A stretch of 64,000 nucleotides of DNA from Polyangiaceae bacterium (GCA_965222375.1 CBDCTZ010000011.1:416001-480000); one strand, 5' to 3'; positions 35,527 through 46,819 are shown, counted from the first letter of the stretch. A program made the numbers and translations. Notes: generated by a model not told the origin, from the letters alone.

Positions 35527-36336
35527 TCAGCCTACCCGCTCAGAATGGCAATACACGCGAAAAGTCCCATTCCGCGCAAAACCAATCAGGGTAATGCCTA
35601 CGGCCTCCGCGAGCTCTACCGCCATGGAGCTCGGGGCGGAAACGGCGATGACGAAGGGCACTTCCGCCACGCAGGCCTTCTGCACGATCTCGAAGCCAGC
35701 TCGGCCGCTGACGACGAGAGCGGGGTCCTCGAGGGGGAGACGGTCGTCCAACAGCATGCGCCCAAAGACCTTGTCCACCGCGTTGTGTCGACCCACGTCC
35801 TCGCGGACCAGCTCGAGGTCCGAACCCAGGTAGAGCCCCGCGGCATGTACCCCCCCGGTGACCGCGAAGGCGGTTTGCTCACTCCTCAGGGATTCGACAA
35901 ACTCGGAGATTTCTGCCGCTGTGAGCTGACGCTCGGTGCGCACGGGACGAGTTCGCGCACACAAGTCGTCGATACTTCGTCGGCCGCAGACGCCGCATGC
36001 GGACGTGATCAGAGTGCCCCGGCGCGTGGTTTCCTCGAGCTCCAGGATGTGGCCGGGAGCCGAGGTGATCTGCATCACGTTGCCGTAGCCGACCTCCCCG
36101 ACCCGACCGCAGTGTGCGAGCGAGCCGATGTCGTTGCGCGAGGAGAGCAACCCCTCGGACCAAAGCAAGCCCGCTACCAATTCTCGGTCCGAGCCTGGCG
36201 TGCGCAGGGTCACGGCAAATACATCGTCATCGATGCGTATCTCGAGAGGCTCCTCCAAGGCCACGGCGTCGTCTTCATCGACGCTGCCCCGCCTGGAGTG
36301 CTTTCGGGTTGCGACTGATTTGTGCGACGCGGCCAT
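35527..36336 (-). CDS. fdhD: Formate dehydrogenase accessory sulfurtransferase
   Basis: EEPLEI, LRTPG, SACGVCG, TGGVHAA, EDVGRHNAVDK, VSAPSS. Confidence 0.95.
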   Translation of the reverse strand: MAASHKSVATRKHSRRGSVDEDDAVALEEPLEIRIDDDVFAVTLRTPGSDRELVAGLLWSEGLLSSRNDIGSLAHCGRVGEVGYGNVMQITSAPGHILELEETTRRGTLITSACGVCGRRSIDDLCARTRPVRTERQLTAAEISEFVESLRSEQTAFAVTGGVHAAGLYLGSDLELVREDVGRHNAVDKVFGRMLLDDRLPLEDPALVVSGRAGFEIVQKACVAEVPFVIAVSAPSSMAVELAEAVGITLIGFARNGTFRVYCHSERVG

Positions 36337-36341
36337 GGACC

Positions 36342-36905
36342 TCAGCCCCCGGGCAGGATCTTGCCACGGGCATTGGCATCTACGTAGCCGTCTCGAATCG
36401 GGCTGGCGACGTAGGCGCGGATCCGAATCGCCGTGTCGTGGGGCAGGTTTCGGCGCACCAGGACATGGCTTACTCGACCTTCGGCTGGATCAACGGTTTT
36501 TACCGCTTCCCGCGCCACTGCCGGTAGCCGATCCCAAGTCACCTCGCTCATCGGGAACAGATTGTCCTCGAGGTTTCCACTGCCCAAGAGTCGCACTTCA
36601 ACAGGAGCTGCCACATGGCCGCCTCGGTAGACGTGCTGCAGCACCTGATCCGGGGCTTCGGCATCCCTCGCCTTGAGTACGATGCGATCTGGATAGAGGT
36701 CCAACTCCAGCACTTGGGCATCGGGCCCGGCCTGGGTGGCCAAGGCGCGAAACCCTCGTTGCCACGCCCCGTCGTCCAGAAGTGGTTCGCCCGCAGCCTC
36801 TGCGATCACCGGCGTCGGAGGGGCGGAATCCGTCGACTCCTTCTTGCAGCCGCCCGCCACGAGCAATGCGCTCAAGAGCCCCCAAGCGCCAGTGCGGAGG
36901 ATCAT
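36342..36905 (-). CDS. Hypothetical lipoprotein
   Basis: MILRTGAWGLLSALLVAGGC lipobox; ATGA overlap with the dapE stop. Confidence 0.7.
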   Translation of the reverse strand: MILRTGAWGLLSALLVAGGCKKESTDSAPPTPVIAEAAGEPLLDDGAWQRGFRALATQAGPDAQVLELDLYPDRIVLKARDAEAPDQVLQHVYRGGHVAAPVEVRLLGSGNLEDNLFPMSEVTWDRLPAVAREAVKTVDPAEGRVSHVLVRRNLPHDTAIRIRAYVASPIRDGYVDANARGKILPGG

Positions 36906-37963
36906 AGGCTGGCGACTTCCGTGAGCCACCGAGCCAAGATATCGCGGCCAACGTAGAGTGGCGGAATCAAGGTCCATTCGTTGCGCTGGTGCGCTTGCGC
37001 TTGTACACCGGGGCCGAAGTTCACGGCTGGAATACCGAGGGCTGCGAATCGCGCCACATCCGTCCACGCCTGCTTTGGCTCGACACAGGTTACTCCCGCC
37101 CCACTGAGTGCCTGCACAATCGGGTGGGTCGCCAACGGTGGGGCCGCAGGGCTCTCGTCTGTGAACTCGACTTCGGCCTCGTCGCCGAACAGGGCGGTCA
37201 TTTCGGACAACACCTGTTTCATGTCGCGATCCGGCCCGAAGCGACGGTTCACATTCAGCTCGAATACATCTGGAATGATGTTCCGCCCTCGACCGCCCGA
37301 GGCGAGGGTGGCGCTGGTGACGTTCGCCCACTTCAATCCGTCGACCTCGATTTGCTCCGGGGACAGCGCGCCGAGGCGCGTGAGCAGCTCTGCCGCCTTG
37401 TGAATAGCGTTTTCGCCTTGCCAAGGGCGTGCGCTGTGGGAGGTCCGGCCGTGAAACCGCACCGTCGCGTGCACGGAGCCGCCACAGCCGAGTTGCAGCT
37501 TGTTGTCGCTGGGTTCCAGGGCGACCGCGAAGTCAACTTCTCTCAGTTCGCTGTCTTCCTCCAGAACGACCCCGAGTTCGTTTTCGATGAAGGGACCCTC
37601 CTCCCGCGCGTAGAACACCAGAGTCAGGTCGACGCCCTCGATTCGCTTGCCTTCGGCGAGGTCCAGCATCAGCGCTAGCCCGCTCTTCATGTCCGCCGCG
37701 CCGGCGCCGTATAGCCGGTCCCCATCGATCCGGGCGGGGGCATCGTGCACCGTACGTACGACATCCAGGTGGCCCACCAGTCCGATATGTGGCCCGCCGC
37801 TACCACGCCAAATCGGCACGACTATGGAATCCCCGTAGCGTCGAATTGGTGCAGCCAGTTTCTGTGCACCGAGCCGAGTTGCGACCTCCGTACACAGCTG
37901 CTCCTCCTCCCCGATCGGAGAGGGCACCTGGCACAACCAGAGCAGTGTGTCTTCGAGCACCAT
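36902..37963 (-). CDS. dapE: Succinyl-diaminopimelate desuccinylase (M20 family)
   Basis: GHLDVV, GAADMKSG, REEG, HSARPW.G.NAI, WTDVARF, NFGPG...AH; adjacent to dapD. Confidence 0.9.
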   Translation of the reverse strand: MVLEDTLLWLCQVPSPIGEEEQLCTEVATRLGAQKLAAPIRRYGDSIVVPIWRGSGGPHIGLVGHLDVVRTVHDAPARIDGDRLYGAGAADMKSGLALMLDLAEGKRIEGVDLTLVFYAREEGPFIENELGVVLEEDSELREVDFAVALEPSDNKLQLGCGGSVHATVRFHGRTSHSARPWQGENAIHKAAELLTRLGALSPEQIEVDGLKWANVTSATLASGGRGRNIIPDVFELNVNRRFGPDRDMKQVLSEMTALFGDEAEVEFTDESPAAPPLATHPIVQALSGAGVTCVEPKQAWTDVARFAALGIPAVNFGPGVQAQAHQRNEWTLIPPLYVGRDILARWLTEVASL

Positions 37964-37965
37964 GG

Positions 37966-38790
37966 TCAGACCGGCACCGCAAACTCGCGCAGGGCGGAGT
38001 TCAACGTGGTCTTCTTGTCAGTGCTTTCCTTGCGCTTACCGATGATCAGCGCGCAGGGCACTTGATACTCGCCCGCCGGGAACTGCTTGGAACGCATTCC
38101 GGGGATCACCACGCTCCGCGCGGGAACGCGGCCTCGCACTTGCACCGGTTCGTCCCCCGTGACGTCGATAATTGCGGTCGATGCGGTCAGGGTGACGCCA
38201 GCACCAATGACTGCTTCTTCTTCCACCAGCATGCCCTCTACGACGATGGCCCGGGAACCGATGAAACACCCGTCCTCGATGATGACGGGCTGCGCGCCCG
38301 GTGGCTCCAGCACGCCCCCGATGCCCACACCGCCCGAAAGGTGACAGTTTTGCCCAATCTGAGCACAGGAACCCACTGTGGCCCAGGTGTCGACCATAGA
38401 CCCGGAACCGACCCAAGCGCCAATGTTGACGTACCCGGGCATGACGATGGCTCCCTTTTCAATGTGTGCGCCATAGCGGATCGTCCCCGGCGGCACGACA
38501 CGCACGCCCGCCTCGTCCAGCCCGCTCTTGAGTGGGATCTTGTCGAAGTACTCGATAGGCCCGAGCTTGCCGCGCTCCATTTGGGCCACACCGAAGTAGA
38601 GCAAGACTGCTTCCTTGACCCAAGCGTGGGTCGTCCACTGGCCCGGCGCATCCCGGGTGGCGACCCGAAGCTCGCCGGCGTCCAGCAGCGCTAGCGCCCG
38701 CAATACGGCATCGCGCGCCTCGGGCTCGTTAAGTTGGTTTCGATCTTCCCAGCAGCGTTCGATCACTTCGCGCAAATGTGCGTTCGACAT
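37966..38790 (-). CDS. dapD: Tetrahydrodipicolinate N-succinyltransferase
   Basis: WVKEAVLLYF, YFDKIPLK, RVVPP, MVDTWATVGSCAQIG, GVGIGGVLEP. Confidence 0.96.
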   Translation of the reverse strand: MSNAHLREVIERCWEDRNQLNEPEARDAVLRALALLDAGELRVATRDAPGQWTTHAWVKEAVLLYFGVAQMERGKLGPIEYFDKIPLKSGLDEAGVRVVPPGTIRYGAHIEKGAIVMPGYVNIGAWVGSGSMVDTWATVGSCAQIGQNCHLSGGVGIGGVLEPPGAQPVIIEDGCFIGSRAIVVEGMLVEEEAVIGAGVTLTASTAIIDVTGDEPVQVRGRVPARSVVIPGMRSKQFPAGEYQVPCALIIGKRKESTDKKTTLNSALREFAVPV

Positions 38791-38851
38791 GTGTGGCGAC
38801 ATAGCGGTGCGCATCGGCTGTCGCAAGCTGCGCACACTCGAAGCGAGGATC

Positions 38852-39670
38852 CTAGCGTGGCCAGCGCATTTCCACGCGTGCCCCGTCGTCGGCGAGCTGG
38901 AAGCTCCCGCCCGCGAGCCGCGCGATGGCAGTGGCGCAGCTGGCCGTCGGCTCAATCACCACCGGGATCGGCAGCCAGGCGACGGCGGTGCCGCCCGCGA
39001 CTCGCCGAACGTGGATGACGCAGCTGGCGTCCCGGGCAGTCAGGCTGAGTTCGAGCGTAGCTCCGCTTTCACCGCCCAGGGAAAGCGCGGCCGCAATGCC
39101 AAGCAGCTGTTGCAGTACCTGCGGGGCGACGAGCGCCTCGCAATTGGCAGTGGGCAGCTCGAGTTTGCTGACGGAGGCTCGACTGGGCCCCGCGCTCGCT
39201 TTGTCGGCGTGGGTGGCGTCTCGAAGCAACTCCGCCAGGTTCAGGCGCAGTGGCTGAGTGGGGGTGCCGTGGGAGAGCAGGTCTATCAACGCCCGTGCCG
39301 CGTCGAGTTCAGCGGCAGTTCTCTTGACTACCGCCTCCAAGCGCAGGCGATTCCTTGCGTACATGGGCTTGGGAATCGCCGAAGTGAGCGCGCGGTCGAG
39401 TTCGCGAACTCGAGGCGTGATGAAGTCGTCCAATGCTTGAGCCGAGTCTCGGTCCGCGACGGCGGACAGGAGCTGTTTGGAGGCCCGCGCAATAATCCCG
39501 CAAGACCCATGCACGGCAGGTAGCACTGTGGACACGTTGCGGGGACCAACCCGCAGGCTCCCCAACAATTGCTCCAGGTTGCGCAAACTGCCCAACGCGT
39601 CGCGAAAAGCGCCCCGCGCGGATGCAACTTGGCCTGCCTGCTGACCCGGCAACGAAGGACCGTCCTGCAT
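38852..39670 (-). CDS. Hypothetical protein (helical N-terminus, possibly degenerate HATPase-like C-terminus)
   Basis: Co-oriented between ndk and dapD, 7 nt after the ndk stop; no clear catalytic motifs. Confidence 0.55.
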   Translation of the reverse strand: MQDGPSLPGQQAGQVASARGAFRDALGSLRNLEQLLGSLRVGPRNVSTVLPAVHGSCGIIARASKQLLSAVADRDSAQALDDFITPRVRELDRALTSAIPKPMYARNRLRLEAVVKRTAAELDAARALIDLLSHGTPTQPLRLNLAELLRDATHADKASAGPSRASVSKLELPTANCEALVAPQVLQQLLGIAAALSLGGESGATLELSLTARDASCVIHVRRVAGGTAVAWLPIPVVIEPTASCATAIARLAGGSFQLADDGARVEMRWPR

Positions 39671-39677
39671 GACGAAA

Positions 39678-40097
39678 CTAGAGTAGGGCGTGGCCGGCGA
39701 AGAAGTAGCCGCACTCTTTGATGCCGTTCTCTTCTGAATCCGAACCGTGGCAAGCGTTTTCGCCCACGTTCGTCCCGTAGAGCTTGCGGATGGTGCCATC
39801 GTCGGCCTTCGCGGGATCCGTCGCGCCAATCACGTCGCGATAGTGCTGCACGGCATTGTCCCGCTCGAGGGCGATGACCACGACTGGGCTACGCGTCATG
39901 AAGGTGCAGAGCTCGTCGAAGAACGGCCGTTCTTTGTGGATGGCGTAAAAGCCTTCCGCCTGCGCGCGCGACAAATGAGTCTGCTGCATTGCCACGACGG
40001 AAAAACCCTCGTCCAGTAGGCGCTGAATGATGTGGCCCTGAACCTTCTTTTCAACGGCGTCGGGCTTTATGATGCAGAGGGTTCGTTGTTTGGCCAT
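39678..40097 (-). CDS. ndk: Nucleoside diphosphate kinase
   Basis: RTLCIIKPDAV, FYAIHKERPFF, GATDP, NACHGSDS. Confidence 0.98.
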   Translation of the reverse strand: MAKQRTLCIIKPDAVEKKVQGHIIQRLLDEGFSVVAMQQTHLSRAQAEGFYAIHKERPFFDELCTFMTRSPVVVIALERDNAVQHYRDVIGATDPAKADDGTIRKLYGTNVGENACHGSDSEENGIKECGYFFAGHALL

Positions 40098-40197
40098 GAT
40101 TCACCCCAGCGGTAAGTGCCCCCGAACTAGGAGGGCTCCTTTACGGCAGGGCGCGATCAGGATCAAACGAAATCACGCGGAAATGTGGCGTCGACGC

Positions 40198-41091
40198 CTA
40201 GAGCATGCCCTTGAGGGTGGCGCCCATCTCTGCCGGGGTCGGTGCCACCTTGACGCCGGCGGCCTGTAGCGCCGCAATCTTGTCCACCGCGGTGCCCTTT
40301 CCGCCACTAATGATGGCTCCAGCGTGCCCCATACGCTTTCCAGGTGGTGCGGTGGTCCCGGCGATGAAGCCTGCCACGGGCTTCTTCATATGAGCCTTGA
40401 TGTACTCGGCTGCCCGCTCTTCGGCGTTGCCGCCGATCTCGCCCATCATCATCACGCCGTGGGTATCCGGGTCATCGTTGAACAGTTTCAGCACGTCCAC
40501 GAAATCCATGCCGCCGACAGGATCCCCGCCAATGCCGATGCAAGTCGATTGACCCAGGCCCAGTGCTGTGAGTTGTCCGACCGCCTCGTAGGTGAGCGTT
40601 CCCGAGCGGCTCACGACACCGATGTTTCCCTCGCGGTGGATGTGACCCGGCATGATGCCGAGCTTGCAGGCGCCCGGCGTGATGACCCCTGGGCAGTTGG
40701 GCCCAACCAGGCGCACGCTGCGGCCGGCCAAAGCGCGTCGGGTCCGGATCATGTCCATCACTGGGATCCCTTCGGTGATGGCGACGACCAGAGCGCAGCC
40801 TGCGTCAGCAGCCTCCAGAATGGCGTCTGCGGCAAACAGCGCGGGAACGAAGATGCAGGAGACTGTAGCGCCAGTTTCTTTCACTGCGGCTTGGACGGTA
40901 TCGAATACGGGGACCTTGACCTTGCTGCCACCGGGGCCTTCCGCTTCGAAGGTTTCGCCACCACGGCCCGGCGTGCATCCCGCCACAATCTGGGTGCCGT
41001 AGGCAATGCACTGCCCGGTGTGGAAGGAACCAGCTGAGCCGGTGATGCCCTGGACGACGATGCGAGAGTTCTTGTCGACTAGAATTGCCAT
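40198..41091 (-). CDS. sucD: Succinyl-CoA synthetase alpha subunit
   Basis: [36 protein letters not shown]. Confidence 0.98.
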   Translation of the reverse strand: MAILVDKNSRIVVQGITGSAGSFHTGQCIAYGTQIVAGCTPGRGGETFEAEGPGGSKVKVPVFDTVQAAVKETGATVSCIFVPALFAADAILEAADAGCALVVAITEGIPVMDMIRTRRALAGRSVRLVGPNCPGVITPGACKLGIMPGHIHREGNIGVVSRSGTLTYEAVGQLTALGLGQSTCIGIGGDPVGGMDFVDVLKLFNDDPDTHGVMMMGEIGGNAEERAAEYIKAHMKKPVAGFIAGTTAPPGKRMGHAGAIISGGKGTAVDKIAALQAAGVKVAPTPAEMGATLKGML

Positions 41092-41117
41092 GAGTCTTCT
41101 CCAGTTCGATTCGCAGC

Positions 41118-42314
41118 TCAGCCGCGCACCGCAGCAACGATTTTCTCAGCGCCGTCGGCCATCGTGTCGGCGGGTTGAATGGACAACCCACTCTTCGCCA
41201 AGATTTCCTTGCCTCTGTCGACGTTCGTGCCTTCCAGCCGAACGACCAGAGGTACCTCGAGGCCGAGCTCTTTGGTCGCCGCAACCACCCCCTCTGCGAT
41301 GACGTCGCATTTCATGATGCCTCCGAAGATGTTCACGAAGATGCCTTTCACCCGATCCGAGGAGAGGATCATCTTGAAAGCCTTGGTGACCTGCTCCTTG
41401 TTGGCTCCGCCGCCGACGTCCAGGAAGTTCGCAGGCTCGCCACCGTAGTGCTTGATGATGTCCATGGTAGACATCGCCAGTCCTGCCCCGTTGACCAAAC
41501 AACCAATATCCCCGTCCAAGGAGACATAGGACAGCCCGGCCGCTTTGGCTTCGGCCTCGATAGGGTCTTCTTCCTCCGCGTCACGCATCTCGACCCATTC
41601 TCGATGCCGCGCGGCGGCATTGTCGTCGAAGTTGATCTTCGAATCTAGTGCAACGACTCCACCTTCCTTTGTTACGATGAGGGGGTTGACTTCACACAGG
41701 CTGCAGTCGTCCTTTTCGAATAGTGTGCAGAGCTTGGTGACGATCGCCGTGAACTCCTTCATTGTGCGCTTGGGCTCTGGCGAGCCCTTTGTGATCTCCA
41801 GTCCAAAGGCCAGCTTGCGCGACTGATACTGAGCGAGCCCAACGACCGGGTCGACATGCTCCGTCAGGATTTTGTCGGGAGTCTCTGCCGCCACTTTCTC
41901 GATTTCGACGCCGCCTTCGGTGGATGCCATGATGGCAATCTGTCGCTCTTCGCGGTCAACCACCAAACCGAGGTACAACTCGCGGGCGATGTCCAGCCCC
42001 TGCTCCACATAGAGGCGTCGCACCTTCTGGCCCTCGGGACCGGTTTGGTGGGTCACCAGCTGCATGCCGAGTAGCTTGCCTGCTGTCTCCCGCACGGCGG
42101 CGGGCCCGTCTTTAACGACTTTGACACCGCCGCCCTTGCCGCGACCGCCAGCGTGGATCTGCGCCTTGAGCACGACCACCGGAATGCCCGTTTCGTCGAT
42201 GAGCTTTTTCGCATGCTTTTCAGCTTCGTCTACGTTGAAGGCCGGGTAGCCCTTGGGAACGGCGATGCCGTACTTCGCGAAAACCTGCTTGCCTTGGTAC
42301 TCGTGAATCTTCAT
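41118..42314 (-). CDS. sucC: Succinyl-CoA synthetase beta subunit
   Basis: [52 protein letters not shown]. Confidence 0.98.
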   Translation of the reverse strand: MKIHEYQGKQVFAKYGIAVPKGYPAFNVDEAEKHAKKLIDETGIPVVVLKAQIHAGGRGKGGGVKVVKDGPAAVRETAGKLLGMQLVTHQTGPEGQKVRRLYVEQGLDIARELYLGLVVDREERQIAIMASTEGGVEIEKVAAETPDKILTEHVDPVVGLAQYQSRKLAFGLEITKGSPEPKRTMKEFTAIVTKLCTLFEKDDCSLCEVNPLIVTKEGGVVALDSKINFDDNAAARHREWVEMRDAEEEDPIEAEAKAAGLSYVSLDGDIGCLVNGAGLAMSTMDIIKHYGGEPANFLDVGGGANKEQVTKAFKMILSSDRVKGIFVNIFGGIMKCDVIAEGVVAATKELGLEVPLVVRLEGTNVDRGKEILAKSGLSIQPADTMADGAEKIVAAVRG

Positions 42315-42420
42315 GGGCCTCCACGTCGCATCGGGTGCGCGGCGAAAGTTCGGGGACCCGGCTGATAAACCAGGGGTCGCCGGGTCGCAACTTGCGGATG
42401 TGGCGAGGCGCGAGGGCCGT

Positions 42421-43836
42421 TCAAAACCCCCGGGTGACGGCGCTGGTTCTAGCGGGGGTGGGAGCGCAACCTGCCGTTGGGTGTTCACGCAGGTAATTGG
42501 AGTGACTGAGCAGCAGCGCGTGAGCAAGGCGCTGGCCCACGAGATCGGCGCCCTTCTTGGTTAGGTGGTAGAGGTCCTTGCCGGCGAGTCCCTTGTAGTA
42601 GAAGTTTCGCATCGAACCGTCCCCGCCCATGGCAGCCCGCACATCCCAGAACGCGACGTGGCGCTGCTTTGCCGCCGCGCGCAGCTCTTCCACGACGCGC
42701 ACGACTCGAGGATCCGAGGCGGTGCTCGTCTTGGTGCGAACGTGATCCGGCGGGCCGAGAACCAAGACGCTTACCTTGGGGTTGACGGCGCGATGGCGCG
42801 CCAAGAGCGCGTCGAGGCCAGATAGGTTCTCGTTCGAGTTCCAAAAGTTCGTTCCCAACATGAATAGAACGAGATCGTGGGAGCGTTGGGCGAGCATCTT
42901 GCGCGCGCCGGCTTCTTCTAGCTTCGCGATGCCGCCGTAGGTGGCGCCGGTGACTGCGAACGTGTCAACGACGAATCCAGAGGCGCGCTCCAGCACGGCG
43001 CCGAGAAGGTGTACGAACTTGCGGTCCAGGTTTTCGAGGACGATTCGGTGCCGCGTGTCAGGCATCGGTACGGTGTGAGCCGCAACGCCTTCTACCTTCG
43101 CCTGAGTGTCGACTTCCGAAGCGACCTTGTCGTCCACCTGGACCCGAAAGCGCCCACCCTTTTCATGGCGATGATAGAAGACCACGAGCTTGCTGGCGGT
43201 CTGTCCCACGGGCGCCTTGGGGTCTGCGGTGGCCAGCTTCACCTTCGCACCTCGTTCGCCGCTGGCTGCCGACATGCCAGCGGCTCCGAAGCCGCCGACT
43301 CTGGGTTTGGCACCTCGGGTGAAGATGTAGGTTTCCCAGTGCCCCACCATGCGTCGTTTCACGTCTTGGTGCCGGTATCCTCGCCAGGGTGATCCGATCC
43401 CCACGAAGCCGTGTCCACCATCTCCAAAACGGGCTTGGAGTCGGCGCCGTACAGTGCCGGAGATCTGGTCCAAGGTCAGGTTGGAGTCACCATAAAAGAC
43501 AACGCGAACGAGTTGGGATTCGGGGCGCCGGGAAAGTCCCGCCAGCGCCTGGTGGAAGTTGCTTAGGCCGCGGTGCCCTTCGTCTTCAATGCCCGGGATT
43601 TCGGCGGAAATCGGTCCCTTGGGCAACGCCTCGACACTCACACTTGCGGGTGGGCAGACCGGCAAACGCGGCTGTTTGGGCGGCGGCAGAGGGCGTGGAG
43701 CCTCTGCCGCGCTGGCACTGGCCTTCGCTTCGGGCGGCGGGGGAGTGGGGGGCGGCCCGCTACCATGCGCACTGCCACCACAATGGGTGAGGGCGACGGT
43801 GGCGAGTAGGAGCCCGCGCGTCTCAGACCACCACAT
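42421..43836 (-). CDS. Exported SGNH/GDSL-family esterase or O-acetyltransferase-like protein
   Basis: FYGDSN (block I), [14 protein letters not shown] (block III), DLYH (block V); signal-like N-terminus with Pro-rich linker. Confidence 0.8.
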   Translation of the reverse strand: MWWSETRGLLLATVALTHCGGSAHGSGPPPTPPPPEAKASASAAEAPRPLPPPKQPRLPVCPPASVSVEALPKGPISAEIPGIEDEGHRGLSNFHQALAGLSRRPESQLVRVVFYGDSNLTLDQISGTVRRRLQARFGDGGHGFVGIGSPWRGYRHQDVKRRMVGHWETYIFTRGAKPRVGGFGAAGMSAASGERGAKVKLATADPKAPVGQTASKLVVFYHRHEKGGRFRVQVDDKVASEVDTQAKVEGVAAHTVPMPDTRHRIVLENLDRKFVHLLGAVLERASGFVVDTFAVTGATYGGIAKLEEAGARKMLAQRSHDLVLFMLGTNFWNSNENLSGLDALLARHRAVNPKVSVLVLGPPDHVRTKTSTASDPRVVRVVEELRAAAKQRHVAFWDVRAAMGGDGSMRNFYYKGLAGKDLYHLTKKGADLVGQRLAHALLLSHSNYLREHPTAGCAPTPARTSAVTRGF

Positions 43837-44686
43837 CCAACATTTGCAGACGGGTCAGGTAGTCATCGAGTTGGGCGGCGTAGTCGTCGATCAAGAGGTC
43901 TAGGGCAACGACCATCTGCTTCGAGTCACTTGATTCGACGCTGCCGCTTACGGGGAGTTCGCGACCGGGGGCCACCAGCACCCCGCTCCAGTGACTGCTC
44001 TTCTTGCCAGCTGCAGTGCGACCCGCGAAGACGAGCCGCTCTTTGGATATCGCGAGCACAGGCGCGAGGGTCCCGTCATCCAGACGCACAGACGCGGCGG
44101 CGGCTCGAGTGGGTTCGACCAGGTAGCGGCCCTTCTTGTTCTGGGCAATCAAGGTTTCGAGTTCTTCAAACAGCTGCTTGGTCAGAGGCGTGTCTTCCGC
44201 CTCGAGCAAGGCAGCACGCATGCGCTTCATGGCTTTCTGAGTCGAGATGATGTTGCTGCGCATCTCCTTGACCCGCTGCTGATCGCGACCGACCTTGTCG
44301 GCGACGATTCGCAGCAGATTGTGGTGCACTGGAAAAGCGACGTCGCCGTTGCTTTCGCAAAAATCCATCAGGCCTTGCACTGAAATCGAGAGCAGCTTGC
44401 TGGGTGTGCGGGCGACGGCGGTCATGTTGCGAGTTAGGCCGGTTATCGCCCCGAGCTCCCCCACGGGCGCCAGGGGGCGCAGGACGAAGCGCTCTTCTCC
44501 ATCCTCCTGCAGAGCCACTTCCCCTTCCACCAAGATCAAGAAACGTTTCGGAACCTGGGACGCTTCGAACAGCACATCGCCTGCCTTCGCGCCGACCTCG
44601 TCGAAGGCGGAGACCAATTCGGACAAATGTGCCTCGGTGATGTTCGCGAAGAGGGGCAATTGTTTGAGTTGCTGGGGAGTGGTCAT
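43823..44686 (-). CDS. Cyclic-nucleotide-binding domain protein
   Basis: LKQLPLFA...GDVLFE...LVEGEV...GELGAI..RNMTAVA; coiled-coil middle; possible degenerate PilZ-like C-terminus. Confidence 0.8.
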   Translation of the reverse strand: MTTPQQLKQLPLFANITEAHLSELVSAFDEVGAKAGDVLFEASQVPKRFLILVEGEVALQEDGEERFVLRPLAPVGELGAITGLTRNMTAVARTPSKLLSISVQGLMDFCESNGDVAFPVHHNLLRIVADKVGRDQQRVKEMRSNIISTQKAMKRMRAALLEAEDTPLTKQLFEELETLIAQNKKGRYLVEPTRAAAASVRLDDGTLAPVLAISKERLVFAGRTAAGKKSSHWSGVLVAPGRELPVSGSVESSDSKQMVVALDLLIDDYAAQLDDYLTRLQMLDVVV

Positions 44687-45228
44687 GGTTTTGGCCCTGG
44701 GTGCAAAAAGGGCGCGCAGTATAGCCCCATGCGTGCACGCGAGTCGCCGCGTTGGGCGATTGATTGTCGCCCTTGCTGCTTGGGGGCTACGGCCTGAAGT
44801 CCCTTGGTGGGGCTTCCCCCACCGATCCGGTACAATCGCTCCAGTTTCACTGGAAAAGCGCTACCATCGGTGGACGGGGCTCCTGATGCCGAGAGGTCAG
44901 AGGACGCCCTCCGAGCTTGGAGCTGGGGGCACGGATACGGTGTGGCGCGCGAGAGATGAGGGCTTAGGGCGGGCGCCATCGAGCTGATACCCGAGAAGAC
45001 TGGCGGGCTGAGGATATGCAGAGGCGCGAGCCCCGGGGTCAGCCGCCCGAACGTCGTTGCCGTATAGGCGAACTGGTGCTCGAGGGGCACCTCCAAGTTT
45101 GCTACTCGGTCAATGGGCAGTGTTTCTTCGCGGCCCCAGGTGGACCTGCGGCCCGATCCGAAGCTGGTGACACCCACCCGACCCCGCGGCTGGTGGAACG
45201 CGGGCAGGGCGTACGCTATGAGCATTCC

Positions 45229-45630
45229 GTGGCAAGCAAAGGTCGCCCGTATCGGACCGTCGAGTTCGAAGGTTTCGAAATTCTGATTGGACGCGGCGAC
45301 GCGGACAACGACGAGCTAAGTTTCCGGGTTGCCCGTCCTAACGATATTTGGCTGCACGTCGGCGGTGGCACGCCCGGAAGTCATGTCGTGGTGCGCAACC
45401 CAGAGCACGTGGACGTGCCGCGTTCGGTTATCGAGCGCGCGGCGGCTCACGCGGCGTGGTTCTCGAAAGCGCGCAATGCGTCACGAGTGGACGTGCACTG
45501 GTGCCGAGCCGCGGATGTGAGCAAGCCCCGAGGCGCTAAGCGGGGCTTGGTGCAGCTCAAGCGACACAAGCGGATTCGTGTCGTACCGGAGCCACCTCCC
45601 AAAGTGTCCGAATGCTCGGACGCGCCCTGA
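45229..45630 (+). CDS. NFACT RNA-binding domain protein (stand-alone NFACT-R/DUF814)
   Basis: EILIGRGDADNDEL, DIWLHV...PGSHVV, AA.HAAWFSKAR, VSKPRGAK.GLV; GTG start MASKGRPYR. Confidence 0.85.
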   Translation: MASKGRPYRTVEFEGFEILIGRGDADNDELSFRVARPNDIWLHVGGGTPGSHVVVRNPEHVDVPRSVIERAAAHAAWFSKARNASRVDVHWCRAADVSKPRGAKRGLVQLKRHKRIRVVPEPPPKVSECSDAP

Positions 45631-45651
45631 GTCGGCCGACTAAAGCATTCT

Positions 45652-46776
45652 GTGACGGATCCGTTCATGTGGTGTGACCGCATGCTGTGGAGACGTTCCA
45701 ATCCCCCGAAAAAGAGCGAGCGGCCAAGCGTGCCCGTCGCGGAAAACGACTTCGATCGCGCCCTGGACACCCTGACGCTGGTTCTGCGCAAGGTGGGCGA
45801 ACACTCGATGGGCTGTGAGGGTCGAGAGGCCCACGAGACCAAGGAAGAATACGACGACTGGGCCACCCGCCTGTCCTTGGGTCAACCCAAGAAGAACGAT
45901 GACGGAGCGGCGGCTGGCGTCGTGCGGGATTGGGGAGGAGTTCGGCGTTTCGTATCCGAACAGAGGAAAGCCGAACAAGAATATGTCACCCATTCACTAG
46001 GCAATCTGCGAGAAGCGGTTCGCGAGCTGACTCGAGTGACTTGTGACACCCTCGGTGAAGATCGTGATTCGGATCACAGGGTCGAGTCCCAGCTAGGCCA
46101 ATTGGTCGTCGCCCTCAACGACCCGGACACGGACCACTTGCGCCGCGAAGCCAGCGCACTCGCGGATCTGTTGCGAGGCGTTCTGGATCATCGCAAGCGC
46201 CGCGGGGACGACCATGTCAAACGACTGCGGCAACACGTGCGCATTCTGCGGGAGCAGCTGAGCGCGGCGCGAGAGCAGGCCAACACGGACCTGCTGACAG
46301 GGCTGTTCAACGCCGCGGCCTTCCACGAGCAGCTCGCGCGCGTGGCGGAGCTCGGCCTGCTGTTCGATACGGAGCCGTGCCTCGTCGTTCTCGACGTCGA
46401 TGATTTTGCGTCGGTGAACGACCGGCTCGGTCGAGCGGCCGGTGACCGGGCGCTGCGAGAGGTCGCCGACGTCGTGGTGCGCACCTTCCTACGACGCGAG
46501 GACTTCGTGGCGCGCCATGGGGGCGAGTCTTTTGCGGTTGTCGTGCCGGATGGTCGCGTCGAAGCCATGGTTCAGCGCGCGGAACACGTTTGCCAAGCGA
46601 TGGCGGGTCGATCCTTCGAAATTGGCAGTGCCACGCTGCATCTGACCGTTTCCATGGGGTTGGCGTCCATGGTGCCTGGCGAAGCCGCCGACACCTGGCT
46701 GACCCGAGCCGATCAGGCGCTGTATGAGGCCCGACGGGGCGGCGGGAACCGCTTGGTTCTGGCAGCACCGAGCTGA
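45652..46776 (+). CDS. GGDEF-domain protein with degenerate GGESF motif
   Basis: TDLLTGLFN, DVDDF, RRED I-site, RHGGESF, TVSMG, RADQALYEAR; alternative start 45682. Confidence 0.85.
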   Translation: MTDPFMWCDRMLWRRSNPPKKSERPSVPVAENDFDRALDTLTLVLRKVGEHSMGCEGREAHETKEEYDDWATRLSLGQPKKNDDGAAAGVVRDWGGVRRFVSEQRKAEQEYVTHSLGNLREAVRELTRVTCDTLGEDRDSDHRVESQLGQLVVALNDPDTDHLRREASALADLLRGVLDHRKRRGDDHVKRLRQHVRILREQLSAAREQANTDLLTGLFNAAAFHEQLARVAELGLLFDTEPCLVVLDVDDFASVNDRLGRAAGDRALREVADVVVRTFLRREDFVARHGGESFAVVVPDGRVEAMVQRAEHVCQAMAGRSFEIGSATLHLTVSMGLASMVPGEAADTWLTRADQALYEARRGGGNRLVLAAPS

Positions 46777-46819
46777 CAGCGGTACGCGGCGTTCAGCAAG
46801 TGTGCGATGCTGACGCCCC

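Noticed and set aside
34628..35833. Long alternative-frame ORFs (for example 34628-35833 +, 19544-20671 +, 5615-6784 -, most of 59981-61438 -, 62379-63296 +)
   Set aside because: Shadow ORFs expected in high-GC DNA, overlapping well-supported genes
44700..45228. ncRNA or N-terminal extension of the NFACT-R gene in the 500-nt gap
   Set aside because: Isolated hairpins only; nothing matching tRNA, tmRNA, 6S, SRP or RNase P by eye; the extension lacks family features
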